This document shows, piece by piece, positions 38,201 through 47,352 of a DNA stretch of 64,000 nt. Numbering within the stretch: the stretch's first letter is position 1; every line of letters starts with the position of its first letter. The notes under the pieces are model-generated. The model was given only the letters and a program-made list of their open reading frames with translations. It had not been told where the DNA came from and searched no databases. Origin of the DNA: Nitrospinales bacterium (GTDB lineage: Bacteria; Nitrospinota; Nitrospinia; Nitrospinales; VA-1); the NCBI GenBank assembly GCA_965223795.1, contig CBDCXL010000002.1, forward strand, positions 2,880,001 through 2,944,000, in the 5' to 3' direction. A program made the translations under genes and the position numbers.

Positions 38201-38479
38201 GACCTGGGACAGGCCGTAGCGCGAGAGCGAGCGGACATGCGCCAGTCTGGGCAGTCCCGCGATGACGGTTTCGACGGGAAAAGTGATGCGCTGCTCGACT
38301 TCCTGCGGCGTGAACCCCGGCGCTTCGGCATTGATCTGCACCTGCACGTTGGTGATGTCCGGCACGGCGTCGATGGGAAGGACGTTGAAATTGTAGATTC
38401 CCAGAAGAGCGACCGCCAGTGTGGCGAGGATCACGAAGACCCGCTGCCTGATCGAGACATGGATTATTTTTTCCAGCAT
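35297..38479 (-). CDS. czcA: CzcA/CusA heavy-metal RND efflux permease
   Basis: LPIDAVPDITNVQVQI, GAIDFGIIVDG, GIEGKMFKPMA, GAEVQRPLATVVIGG. Confidence 0.93.
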   Translation of the reverse strand: MLEKIIHVSIRQRVFVILATLAVALLGIYNFNVLPIDAVPDITNVQVQINAEAPGFTPQEVEQRITFPVETVIAGLPRLAHVRSLSRYGLSQVTAIFEDDTDIYFARQLVSQRLQEVKAKLPFGVEPVMGPIATGLGEVFMWAVEKDPDKSAAPENAHLDSMDLRTVQDWIIKPQLMTVPGVTEVNSTGGYVKQYHVAPDPQKLIAYGISFRQVMQALAANNDNQGAGYIEHSGEQYLIRTPGQVQGMEDIRRIVIGTHRGVPVYVRDVAEVALGKELRTGAATRNGRETVLGTVLMLKGENSRAVSQRVAEKMQEINRTLPEGITAHTVYDRTKLVNATLKTVRNNLLEGAVLVIAVLFLLLGNIRAAIITALVIPLSMLFAVTGMVSNRISGNLLSLGAIDFGIIVDGAVIIVENCSRRLAEEQRRLGRLLKRDERFAVVRQAAAQVSRPSIFGVFIIMVVYLPILTLTGIEGKMFKPMAFTVLAALAGALILSITFIPAMMAQFARGRVTEKESTLMDRLRALYAPALRWSLGNRPVVITFSAVLVALSLLLSTRMGSEFLPTLDEGDYALHALRVPGTSLSQAVRMQDTLESTLREIPEIDHVFAKIGTPDIATDPMPPSVADVFAMVKPREQWADPGMPKSMLTRKIEQKLAEVPGNKYEITQPIQMRFNELIAGVRSDVAVKIFGDDLDVLLAKADEIEHLLPEIPGASDVRVEQVSGLPILSLKLDRMEMARLGLNVSDVQEVVAIAIGGRTAGQVYEGDRRFDLLVRLPEDIRSNLNLLKRIPIPIPENTGQGHSVSTVDMKGKDARTRTVPLETVAAFDLAKGPNQISRENGKRRVVVTANVRGRDLGSFVDEAQNAIADKITLPAGYWIRWGGQFEHLLSAGKRLWVVVPIALGFILVLLFGAFGSIKNALLVFSGVPLALTGGFLSLWLRGIPLSISAAVGFIALSGVAVLNGIVMVSFISKLEEEGVALDEAIEQGALTRLRPIIMTALVASLGFLPMAIATGTGAEVQRPLATVVIGGILSSTVLTLFVLPTLYKTVYRRRGEESIS

Positions 38480-38491
38480 GACCGTGTCACC

Positions 38492-40333
38492 TCAATGGGA
38501 ATGCGCCGCGCCCGATTTTTCGATTTCCGCCTTCACCGCGAAACTGTTGACCGCCGCGTAGACCTCGCCTTCGGTCAGCCCCTTAAGCACTTCCACGTGG
38601 GTGCCGTCGTTCTCGCCGAGTTCGAGCGGCCGCGCTTCGAACTGGTTGCCGTAGCGGACGAACACCACCGACCAGCCGCGCATCGTCTGCACGGCATCGG
38701 CGCGCACCGCCACGGGCGCTTCGCGGTCCTTAAGAACCAGCTCGACCGTCACGAAGGTGCCCGGCCGCCAGGACCGGTCGGCGTTGGAAATGACGACGCG
38801 CGCGGTCACGGTGCGGGTGTTCTCCTCGATGATGGAACCGAGAAAGGTCAGTGTACCCTCGGCTTCCTTGTCCAGGTGCTCGCCGCGGACTTTCACGCGC
38901 TGGCCCAGGCGCACGTTTTTGACTTCCCTCGCGGGGATGTCGATGTTCACCCAGACGTCGGTCAGGTCGGCGAGCAGGAAGATGTCGTCGTCCTTTTTCA
39001 CCGCTTCGCCGGTGGTCAGGTGTTTTTTGATGACGGTGCCCTTGAGCGTGGAGCGCAGCTCGTACTCAGTGAATTTCTGTCCGCGCTCGTTCGCGAGCCC
39101 TTTGATCTGGCGCCGGCTGAGCCCCAGGGCCAGCAGCTTCTGGGTTGCGGTCTGCAGATTGAGGGATTCCATCTCGGCGTTTTTGGTCTTCTGCCTGAGT
39201 CCCCAATCGCCGTCGTAGGCGATCTTTTCGCGCAGAGCCAGGTAGGTCGCCTCAGCGCTCTTGACATTTTCCAGAGCCTGCAGGTATTCCGATTCGGAGG
39301 AGATGCCTTTATCGAACAGCCGTTTTTCACGCTGGTGCACCGACCGGGCGAGCTGCACCCTGGCGTAGGCCGGGAGCAGCCGCTCGCGGTTTTCACCAAT
39401 GGCGAGATCCTTGAGCCGGGCGTAGATGGCGTCGATTTCCAGCTTCTGCTCCAGAAGATCGAGCATCTGCCTGGTGTTTTCGTAAATGAGTTTTTCCCGT
39501 TTGAGGTCGGCCTGGATGAGTTCGCTCTGCTTGACCGCGGCGAGGTAGTTGATCTTCGCGTCCGCCAGTTCGCGGCTTTCCAGTACGGCGATCAGTTCGC
39601 CTTTTTTCACCTGATCGCCCATGTCCTTGAACACTTTCTTCACGACGCCGTCCAGACGCGGAACGATGTGAACCACCTTTTCTTCGTTGAGGGCGATCTC
39701 CCCGGTCAGGCGCAGCACGTCCTGCAGCCGGGCGGGCCCGGCGGAGTCCAGCTCGATGCCCGCGGCCCTGAGAGACGCTTCGGTGAATTCCGCCCGCGCT
39801 TCGATCTGGGAAAATTCCCAGTCGTAGGTGCTGCCTTTCCAGTGCGCCTGGACTTTTGCGACGAAGGAATGCGGTTCATAGACCTCCTGGTCCCCCAAAA
39901 GATAATCGCCCGCGGGCTGAAAGCCGATGACGTCGGTGCGGCCCAGACGGTGCAGCTCGATTTTCAGGAGAACCTCGGCGGGATCGATCGGTTCGCCCGA
40001 GGCGCGGCTCACGTACACGCGAAACTGCGGCGGCACGCCGGTTTCGTAAATCGTGACCTCGGTCTGAAAGCCGCGCGAGGAAAACAGCCAGCCGCCATGC
40101 GGTCCTCTCGGCACTTCCTTCTCATCGCCCGCGTGCCCGGACGCATCGGCAGGGTCGTGACCGGATTCGCCGTCATGGGAATAGCCGGAGTCATCGGCAT
40201 GAGAATCGCCGGACTCGTGCGAGTGGGAATGGCTCTCGCCGGACATCCGCGGCTCCAGGGTCCAGATGACGCCGGCGATCAGCGCTCCGGCGATGAGGAT
40301 GGCGATCACGGGCCGGGAAAAGAAGCCGTTCAT
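38492..40333 (-). CDS. czcB: RND membrane-fusion protein, CzcB-like, with His-rich N-terminal region
   Basis: HSHSHE..H; GPHGG; lipoyl-like GDQVKKG; TRT; WRPGTFV; C-terminal AAHSH. Confidence 0.88.
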   Translation of the reverse strand: MNGFFSRPVIAILIAGALIAGVIWTLEPRMSGESHSHSHESGDSHADDSGYSHDGESGHDPADASGHAGDEKEVPRGPHGGWLFSSRGFQTEVTIYETGVPPQFRVYVSRASGEPIDPAEVLLKIELHRLGRTDVIGFQPAGDYLLGDQEVYEPHSFVAKVQAHWKGSTYDWEFSQIEARAEFTEASLRAAGIELDSAGPARLQDVLRLTGEIALNEEKVVHIVPRLDGVVKKVFKDMGDQVKKGELIAVLESRELADAKINYLAAVKQSELIQADLKREKLIYENTRQMLDLLEQKLEIDAIYARLKDLAIGENRERLLPAYARVQLARSVHQREKRLFDKGISSESEYLQALENVKSAEATYLALREKIAYDGDWGLRQKTKNAEMESLNLQTATQKLLALGLSRRQIKGLANERGQKFTEYELRSTLKGTVIKKHLTTGEAVKKDDDIFLLADLTDVWVNIDIPAREVKNVRLGQRVKVRGEHLDKEAEGTLTFLGSIIEENTRTVTARVVISNADRSWRPGTFVTVELVLKDREAPVAVRADAVQTMRGWSVVFVRYGNQFEARPLELGENDGTHVEVLKGLTEGEVYAAVNSFAVKAEIEKSGAAHSH

Positions 40334-41628
40334 CGCGCACCGCCTTGGATCTCCTGCTGGAGATTCGATTGCAGAGGCACTGCCGTCAGGCGTTCCACCT
40401 CGGCCACCGCCTTGTGGTGATCGGCCAGCGCTTCGAGATACTGCTCCTGTGACTTGAACAGGGTTTTCTGACTGTCGAGCACGTCGAGCAGGGAGAATTT
40501 GCCGAACCGGTATCCTTCGCTCACACCGTCAAAAGCCCTCTGCGCACCGGGCAGGATGCTTTTTTTAATGGCGGTCACCTGCGCATGGGAAAAGGACAAC
40601 CGGTGGAATGCCTGGGTCAACGCGTTTTTGGTTTTCAATTCCGCCGCGCGCCGTTCCTCCCGGGCTTTGAGCATTTCATTGCGGGCGCGGGCGATGCCGC
40701 CTTGGTTGCGGTTGAACAACTGCAGCGGCAGCGACAGACCGAGCACCAGCGCGTTGTCGTCGGTTGCTTCCAGGCGGCGGTAGCCGCCTTTGACTTCCAG
40801 GTCGGGAATCCTTCGGGCCTGCTCCAGATCCAGCACCGCCTGACGCTTCTGCTGTTCGGTCTGCCAGCGGGCGAGGTCGGGATTTAAAATCGCATTGGCC
40901 TTGAGCTGCTTTAAGGATGGGATCGGGGAAATGGAATAAAGATCCCCCACCACGGTGCCGAACGACGGCTCGAGCTCTCCGAGATTGAGGGCCAGTTTGC
41001 GGCGTGAGGATTCCAGGTCCAGCCGCACCCGTTCGCGCGCGACCCGGCTGGACGCGACAATGACTTCGCCTTTGGTCTTTTCAATGCGCGGGACCTTGCC
41101 CGCCTCGATCCGTTCGGAAACCACCAGCAGGAACCGCTCTTCCAGCCGGGAAATCTCGTCCGCCAGGGACAACCGGTGCTGATCTTTCAGCACGTCCACA
41201 AAGGATTTAGTGACCTGCGCCAGAACGTCCAGCTTTTTGCTTTCGTAATTCCATTCGGAAAGCTCCTGCGACAGGGCTCCCGATTTTTTACGGGCGCTCC
41301 GCTTGCCGCCCAGTTCGATGAGCTGGCTGAGCTGAATGGTGGTTTCGACACTGTCGGAGGGACCTATGTTCTCAACGTCGACACCCAGTTTCGGGTTGGG
41401 TAGCAGCCCGGCCTGCAGGGCCTCGGCTTCCTTCACCCGCCGGGCATGGGAAAACGCACCCAGTTCCGGGTTTTTGACGAGGGCCTGCTCGACCGCCTGC
41501 GCCAGTGTGAGAGGCCGGTCGATTTTGTTCTCGATTTTTATTTTTCCTTCCTGTTGCGCCCAGCCGTTCGAGGCCCACAAAGCCCAAAACGAAAACGCCA
41601 ACGGAAAGAAGCGCATCGCTCGTTTCAT
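40330..41628 (-). CDS. czcC: TolC-family outer-membrane factor, CzcC-like
   Basis: Signal peptide; QAGLLPNP, LPLQLFNRNQG, GYRFGKFSLLDVLD. Confidence 0.88.
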   Translation of the reverse strand: MKRAMRFFPLAFSFWALWASNGWAQQEGKIKIENKIDRPLTLAQAVEQALVKNPELGAFSHARRVKEAEALQAGLLPNPKLGVDVENIGPSDSVETTIQLSQLIELGGKRSARKKSGALSQELSEWNYESKKLDVLAQVTKSFVDVLKDQHRLSLADEISRLEERFLLVVSERIEAGKVPRIEKTKGEVIVASSRVARERVRLDLESSRRKLALNLGELEPSFGTVVGDLYSISPIPSLKQLKANAILNPDLARWQTEQQKRQAVLDLEQARRIPDLEVKGGYRRLEATDDNALVLGLSLPLQLFNRNQGGIARARNEMLKAREERRAAELKTKNALTQAFHRLSFSHAQVTAIKKSILPGAQRAFDGVSEGYRFGKFSLLDVLDSQKTLFKSQEQYLEALADHHKAVAEVERLTAVPLQSNLQQEIQGGAR

Positions 41629-41756
41629 ATCCGTCTCCATAGAAGGGCGAACGAAATCGCGCCTTCAAAGGATGTTCCAACGCGCACGCGTCAAACAGCG
41701 TCGTGACACGGAACTCACACGCGTGCCGTCTTTAAGGTGATGGGGAGATTAGTAAT

Positions 41757-42218
41757 TCAAACGAGCGAAACGGGGGGCGAACGTTCCTGAGGCAGGGATT
41801 GCGGTGCGTTGATGAAATGCGGACTGGTGTTGCGATCCTGTCCGGACGCCGAAGCCGGATCGGCGTGGGGCGGACCGTCCATCACGGCCGGGTGCTTGGT
41901 GAACTTCAGGGTGAATTCGGATTTGAGGCCGTCCTTGTCCAGTTCGACCTTGATGTGACCGGATTCGGGGCCGCCGCAATCGCAGTTCTGCGCGTGCCCG
42001 GAATGGGACTCCTCGGAATGCAGGGCGATGGCGTGCGCCAGCTGGTCGAGCTCCGGGCTGTGGATGCGGGCGTCGTGCCGGTGTGCTTCAACGTGTCCGC
42101 CGTGATCGTGCACCGACGGCGGATGGTAATGAATGAACGGGGAAAAGAAAAAACCGAACACCCACAGAAAGATGCATGAAAAGAAAACGAACGGTCTTGT
42201 TTTCAGTCTCTGGGCCAT
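41757..42218 (-). CDS. His-rich CzcI-like accessory protein
   Basis: TM then HYH..HDH..H..HRH, H..NCDC; ends RSPP; directly upstream of czcC. Confidence 0.55.
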   Translation of the reverse strand: MAQRLKTRPFVFFSCIFLWVFGFFFSPFIHYHPPSVHDHGGHVEAHRHDARIHSPELDQLAHAIALHSEESHSGHAQNCDCGGPESGHIKVELDKDGLKSEFTLKFTKHPAVMDGPPHADPASASGQDRNTSPHFINAPQSLPQERSPPVSLV

Positions 42219-42508
42219 CGGTTCGCGCACATGGAATGAGGGTATTTAATTTATTAAAGCAAATTCAGCAAGTTGAGGCAAATGTTTTTTGCCGGACCTG
42301 AAAATGTCTGAAACGGGGAAGGGAAGGGGGCCCGCGGCTTAGGCGCAACCCGGAACATTGTTCATCTACAAGACTCTGTGGACGAACGGGCGGGATGCGT
42401 GGGGGATATTGAGGCAATCAAGGATCGGGCAGGGCCGCCCGGCGCCCGGTATTTACACTCAAGGGGGTGCGGAAAACGGAGGAAATCTCGTTTAAATCAG
42501 ACGCGTTT

Positions 42509-43507
42509 TCACTCTGCGATATTGAGTTTGTCGATGGTTTTTTTGACTTTGTGGGTGTTGACGAATGTGGCGATGTGGAATAAAGCGTCGCCTTTGTTGA
42601 CCAGAGGCAGCTGGGCCATGCCGATGATGATGCCCGCGTCTCTCGCCGGAACCGGCACCTCGTGCTTTCCGAACGGGTCGCGGATGAAGCCCAGTGTTTC
42701 TTTGGCTTCCACACGCGCTCCCAGGTGTTTGTCCGGTGTCAAAATCCCGGATCCGGGAGCGCGGACCCAGACGGTTTTTCTGGAAATGAACGCTTCTTTT
42801 CGTTTCCTCTGGGTTTTGGACGGCAGCATGCCGATGGTCTGCATCACCGACTTGATCCCGTTCACTCCCATGCGGATCACCTGTTCGTCATAACGCAACG
42901 CTTCGCCGCCTTCGTAAAGCAGGATCGGAATGTTTTTCTTGCGCGCCTCCGCGCGCAGCGAGCCGTCCCTGGAATTGGCGTTGATGATGACCGGAACGCC
43001 GAATTGAAACGCCAGCCGGCTGGTGTCCCGGTCGTCAACGCAGCCGCGAATCTGCGGCAAATTGCTTCGATGCAGGGCGCCGGTGTGCAGATCAATCCCG
43101 TGGGTGCATTTTTCCAGAATCTCTGTCGTGAACAGATGCGCCAGTTGCGCGGCCAGGGAACCTTTGCTGGAGCCGGGGAAGGAACGGTTGAGGTCGCGGC
43201 GGTCGGGCAGGTAACGCGACAGGTTGTTGAAGCCGAATATATTGACCACGGGAATGGTGATCAAGGTGCCGCACAACCTGTTGAGCGGTTTGTGCTTGAG
43301 CAGGCGGCGGATGATTTCGATGCCGTTGATTTCGTCTCCATGAATGGCGGATGAAATGAACAGGACGGGACCGGACTTTTTTCCGTGGATCACCTCAATC
43401 GGCAGATTGACTTCGGTGAAATCGTACAATTTGGAGACGGAAAGGCTAATCAACCGGCGTTCCCCGGGTTCTATCTTTTGACCTCCGATGGAAAACCCTT
43501 CCGGCAT
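42509..43507 (-). CDS. Succinylglutamate desuccinylase/aspartoacylase (M14-like) family hydrolase
   Basis: AIHGDEING, RDLNRSFPG, IDLHTG, YEGGE. Confidence 0.92.
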   Translation of the reverse strand: MPEGFSIGGQKIEPGERRLISLSVSKLYDFTEVNLPIEVIHGKKSGPVLFISSAIHGDEINGIEIIRRLLKHKPLNRLCGTLITIPVVNIFGFNNLSRYLPDRRDLNRSFPGSSKGSLAAQLAHLFTTEILEKCTHGIDLHTGALHRSNLPQIRGCVDDRDTSRLAFQFGVPVIINANSRDGSLRAEARKKNIPILLYEGGEALRYDEQVIRMGVNGIKSVMQTIGMLPSKTQRKRKEAFISRKTVWVRAPGSGILTPDKHLGARVEAKETLGFIRDPFGKHEVPVPARDAGIIIGMAQLPLVNKGDALFHIATFVNTHKVKKTIDKLNIAE

Positions 43508-43510
43508 GCC

Positions 43511-44416
43511 TCAACCTTCCCCGCTGGTTCGAGTGTTGCCGGGGCGGGCGTCTTTTTCAATGAACTCGATGATTTTGCTGGCCACGTCCACGCCGGTGGT
43601 CTCTTCGATCCCTTGGAGGCCAGGCGAGGAATTGACTTCCATGAGCACCGGGCCGTGGTTCGATCGCAGCAGGTCGACGCCGGCCACGTTCAAGCCCATC
43701 GCCTTGGCGGACCGGACCGCGGTGCTGCGTTCCTCGGGCGTGATTTTGATGCTCTTCGCGCTTCCTCCGCGGTGCAGGTTGGAGCGGAATTCGCCTTCTT
43801 TCGCCTGCCGCATCATCGAAGCCACCACTTTTTCCCCCACCACGAAACAGCGGAGATCCGCGCCGCCGGCCTCTTTGATGAATTCCTGAACCATGAAATT
43901 GGCCTTCAGACTCTGAAACGCGCCGATCACGCTTTCCGCCGCCTTGTGGGTTTCCGCCAGCACAACGCCCTTGCCCTGCGTTCCTTCAAGCAGCTTCACA
44001 ACCAGCGGCGCCCCATTGCAAAGCTCGATCAGCTCATCCGTCCTTTGCGTCGAATGGGCGAACCCCGAAATGGGCAGCCCGATCCCTTTGCGGGACAGAA
44101 TCTGCAGGGAACGTAATTTGTCGCGTGAACGCGATATGGCCACCGATTCGTTCAGGGAATACGTGCCGCCCATTTCAAACTGGCGCACGACGGCGGTTCC
44201 GAAAAAAGTGATGGAAGCGCCGATGCGGGGGATGACGGCGTCCACATCGTTGAGCACCCGGTCCATATAATGGACGGTGGGTTTGTGAGAGGTGATGTTC
44301 ATGAAGCATTTGAGCGGATTGATGACCTCGACGTCGTGACCCCGGTTTTTAGCCGCTTCCACCAGCCGCTTCGTGGAGAAAAGTTTGGGACCGCGGGATA
44401 AAATAACGATATTCAT
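43511..44416 (-). CDS. rimK: RimK alpha-L-glutamate ligase (ATP-grasp)
   Basis: [52 protein letters not shown]. Confidence 0.96.
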   Translation of the reverse strand: MNIVILSRGPKLFSTKRLVEAAKNRGHDVEVINPLKCFMNITSHKPTVHYMDRVLNDVDAVIPRIGASITFFGTAVVRQFEMGGTYSLNESVAISRSRDKLRSLQILSRKGIGLPISGFAHSTQRTDELIELCNGAPLVVKLLEGTQGKGVVLAETHKAAESVIGAFQSLKANFMVQEFIKEAGGADLRCFVVGEKVVASMMRQAKEGEFRSNLHRGGSAKSIKITPEERSTAVRSAKAMGLNVAGVDLLRSNHGPVLMEVNSSPGLQGIEETTGVDVASKIIEFIEKDARPGNTRTSGEG

Positions 44417-44898
44417 TTTTCAGTGGTCCTTTTTTTAGCTCTCTTGTTTTTTGACATGAGATAGGATTTCCCCGAATCGACGAGATAATTATTTCTGATG
44501 GCTTCCCTGCCAAGCAACAAGCGAAACCCCATCATGTCGCGGTTGACCAGGGTCAACTCGATGGTGTGCTCGATACCGCCGAGCTTGAGATTGGTTTCGA
44601 TGACCGGACGCAGACTGGATTCGCCATTTGAGCTTTTTACCGACCTGTGTTCTTTGATCCGCGCGGATGCCTTGATTTCCGGCGTGTTGCTCCTTTGTTT
44701 GGGGTGAATCAGAAACTGTAAAATTTTTGACTTGTTGTTCAGTTCGGATTTGGAAATGTGAAGGGAAGACGTGCGCGCGCCGGTATCGATCTTTGCCTTG
44801 ATCGATTTTATTCCCAGATCAGGAAAAGAGACCCATTCCCTCCAGCCGATAACGGGGAGGGATGCTTTGTCTTTCTGAGATCGTTTGCTTTTTTTCAA
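44413..44898 (-). CDS. RimK-associated putative ATP-dependent Zn protease (RimB/retropepsin-like)
   Basis: [43 protein letters not shown]. Confidence 0.9.
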   Translation of the reverse strand: MKKSKRSQKDKASLPVIGWREWVSFPDLGIKSIKAKIDTGARTSSLHISKSELNNKSKILQFLIHPKQRSNTPEIKASARIKEHRSVKSSNGESSLRPVIETNLKLGGIEHTIELTLVNRDMMGFRLLLGREAIRNNYLVDSGKSYLMSKNKRAKKRTTEK

Positions 44899-45229
44899 GA
44901 TCGGGCAGGCCGGAGGAAGCCAGCCTGAAACGATTTAGGGTTTATAAATTTCATTCGGCCGATTTAAACCGGCGTTATTAACAGGGCATGGAGGAGCCGG
45001 ATTCAAGACGGAATCATTTTAGGAGAAAGGGAGAAAAATAACACAAAAATAGTGACGGTTTGTCATGGGGCTGCGATTTCTGCTTGTCCATTCTGACTAA
45101 CATAACAAAAGGTTGTACCTTTACGCGCAGGAAGTCATCCGGCCGTATTCCCCACAGGCTTATGGGATAAAATGGGGAGCACTTTCCTGAGTGTTATAAT
45201 CTGGATTTCGGAGAAAGCAAGGAGTTCTT

Positions 45230-45439
45230 ATGAGTTTCAGGCTGTCTCTCATGTTATCGTTGCTCATCATTGTGGTGGTTTTCACGATCCAGAATGTGGA
45301 GGTCGTCGCGATCCGGTTTCTATTCTGGGAACTGGCCATATCCCGTGCACTGATGATCATTCTGGTATTGACGGTGGGCATCTTGATCGGCTGGTTTTTA
45401 TCCAGCTTTTACAGAAGAAACCAGCGCAGGCGATTCTGA
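45230..45439 (+). CDS. LapA/DUF1049-like small membrane protein
   Basis: VFTIQNVEVV.IRFLFW; 2 TMs; AAGGAG RBS. Confidence 0.75.
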   Translation: MSFRLSLMLSLLIIVVVFTIQNVEVVAIRFLFWELAISRALMIILVLTVGILIGWFLSSFYRRNQRRRF

Positions 45440-45452
45440 AACTCTGAGCTGA

Positions 45453-47204
45453 ATGGATACTATATTAATGGGTCATTTGAAAAAGGTTATTTCGTGCTTT
45501 CTCGCGCTCCTGTTGCTGTTGATTTCGTTCAAGCCTCTGGTTTTTGCCCAGCAGGGAGGCATCTATTCCCAGATGGACGTGTTCCATCCCGTGGTGGGGC
45601 GCAACGGCATGGTGGCGAGCCAGGAAGCCAACGCGACCCGCATCGGGCTTCAGATCCTGGAAGACGGCGGCAATGCGATCGACGCGGCGGTGGCGGTGGC
45701 GTTCGCGCTGGCGGTGACGCTGCCGCGCGCGGGCAATATCGGCGGCGGCGGGTTCATGCTGGTGCACGAGGGCGAGACCGGAAAGACCGTGGCCATCGAC
45801 TACCGCGAGAAAGCGCCGCTTGAGGCTTCGTTCGACATGTACCTGGACGACGAAGGCGATGTGGATGAGGAACTGGCGCAGTCGAGCTTTCAATCGGTCG
45901 GCGTTCCCGGTTCGGTGGCCGGGATGGCGTATGTGCTGGAACGGTTCGGCACGCTGCCGCTCAAGACGGTGATCGCGCCCGCCATCAAGCTTGCGGAAGG
46001 CGGCATCCTGGTCAACAAGGATCATGTGTTCACGTTGTCGAAGGGCAAGGAACGCATGCAGCGCTGGCCGGAAACCAAAAAGATCTATTACAAGCCGGAC
46101 GGGTCGGTGTATCAAGTGGGCGAGCGCATGTTCTTCAAGGACCTGGGCTGGTCCTTGCGTCAGATCGCGGAAAACGGACCGCGCTCGTTTTACGAGGGAG
46201 CGATCGCCGAAAAAATCCTCGCCGCCATGAACAGGCACGGCGGGCTGATCACGCGGGAAGACATGGAAAACTATCGCGTGGCGGTGCGCGAGCCGGTGAA
46301 GGGAACGTACCGCGGTTATGAGGTTATCGGCATGCCGCCGCCCAGTTCGGGGGGCGTGCACATCGTCCAGATGCTCAACATTCTGGAACCCTATTCTCTC
46401 CGGGAAATGGGCCCCAACAGCGCGCAGGCTCTGCACCTGATGGCGGAGTCCATGAAGCTGGCGTTCGCCGACCGCAGCAAGTATCTGGGCGATCCCGACT
46501 GGTGGCACATCCCCATCCGCGGGCTCACGTCGAAAAACTACGCGCAACGGCTGCGGGGACGGATTCATCCCGAAAAGGCCCTGGCTTCCAAAGAAATCCG
46601 TCCGGAATCTCCGAGCCCCTACGAAAGCAATGAGACGACCCATTTTTCCATCATGGACCGGTTCGGCAACGTGGTGAGCAACACCACCACGCTCAATTTC
46701 AGCTTCGGATCGGCGCTGGTGCCTGAGGGGACGGGCATTTTATTGAACAACGAGATGGACAATTTCGCGGCCAAGCCGGGTGTTCCCAATGCGTACGGGC
46801 TGCTGGGCGGGCAGGCGAACGCGATCCAGCCGACCAAACGCCCGCTGAGTTCGATGGCGCCGATGATCGTGTTGAAGAACGGCAAGCCGTTTCTCGCCAC
46901 GGGAAGTCCAGGCGGGCCGCGCCTGATCAACGCCATCCTGCAGGTGATCATCAACGTGATCGATCACGAAATGAACATCGCCGAAGCGACGAACGCGCCC
47001 CGGATCCATCACCAGTGGCGTCCGGACAAGCTCAGGGTGGAGCGGGGGCTGAGCCCGGACACGATGCGCCTGCTGGGTGAAATGGGGCACAAGGTCAGGC
47101 TGGATAAATCCATGGGTTCGACCCAATCGGTGCTTCGGCGCGGCGGCGGGTTTTACGGGGCTTCCGACCCCAGGCGGCCGGGAGCGCTGACCCTGGGCTA
47201 TTAG
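45453..47204 (+). CDS. ggt: Gamma-glutamyltransferase, exported
   Basis: Signal peptide; GGNAIDAAVA, IDYREKAP, ETTHFS (nucleophile Thr), LLNNEMD, RPLSSM, GSPGG. Confidence 0.95.
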   Translation: MDTILMGHLKKVISCFLALLLLLISFKPLVFAQQGGIYSQMDVFHPVVGRNGMVASQEANATRIGLQILEDGGNAIDAAVAVAFALAVTLPRAGNIGGGGFMLVHEGETGKTVAIDYREKAPLEASFDMYLDDEGDVDEELAQSSFQSVGVPGSVAGMAYVLERFGTLPLKTVIAPAIKLAEGGILVNKDHVFTLSKGKERMQRWPETKKIYYKPDGSVYQVGERMFFKDLGWSLRQIAENGPRSFYEGAIAEKILAAMNRHGGLITREDMENYRVAVREPVKGTYRGYEVIGMPPPSSGGVHIVQMLNILEPYSLREMGPNSAQALHLMAESMKLAFADRSKYLGDPDWWHIPIRGLTSKNYAQRLRGRIHPEKALASKEIRPESPSPYESNETTHFSIMDRFGNVVSNTTTLNFSFGSALVPEGTGILLNNEMDNFAAKPGVPNAYGLLGGQANAIQPTKRPLSSMAPMIVLKNGKPFLATGSPGGPRLINAILQVIINVIDHEMNIAEATNAPRIHHQWRPDKLRVERGLSPDTMRLLGEMGHKVRLDKSMGSTQSVLRRGGGFYGASDPRRPGALTLGY

Positions 47205-47352
47205 GAAAGGCGGTGCCGCTTTGCGGCGGCTCCCAATACGCCCGGCAATATGCTAGAATTTTTTTCAACCGGGTTTCCGCTCCACAATCGGGCTGCTGTC
47301 CCCGGTTGCATTCGTGACAATGAAATTATCAGATCATACATCCAGGTGATTT

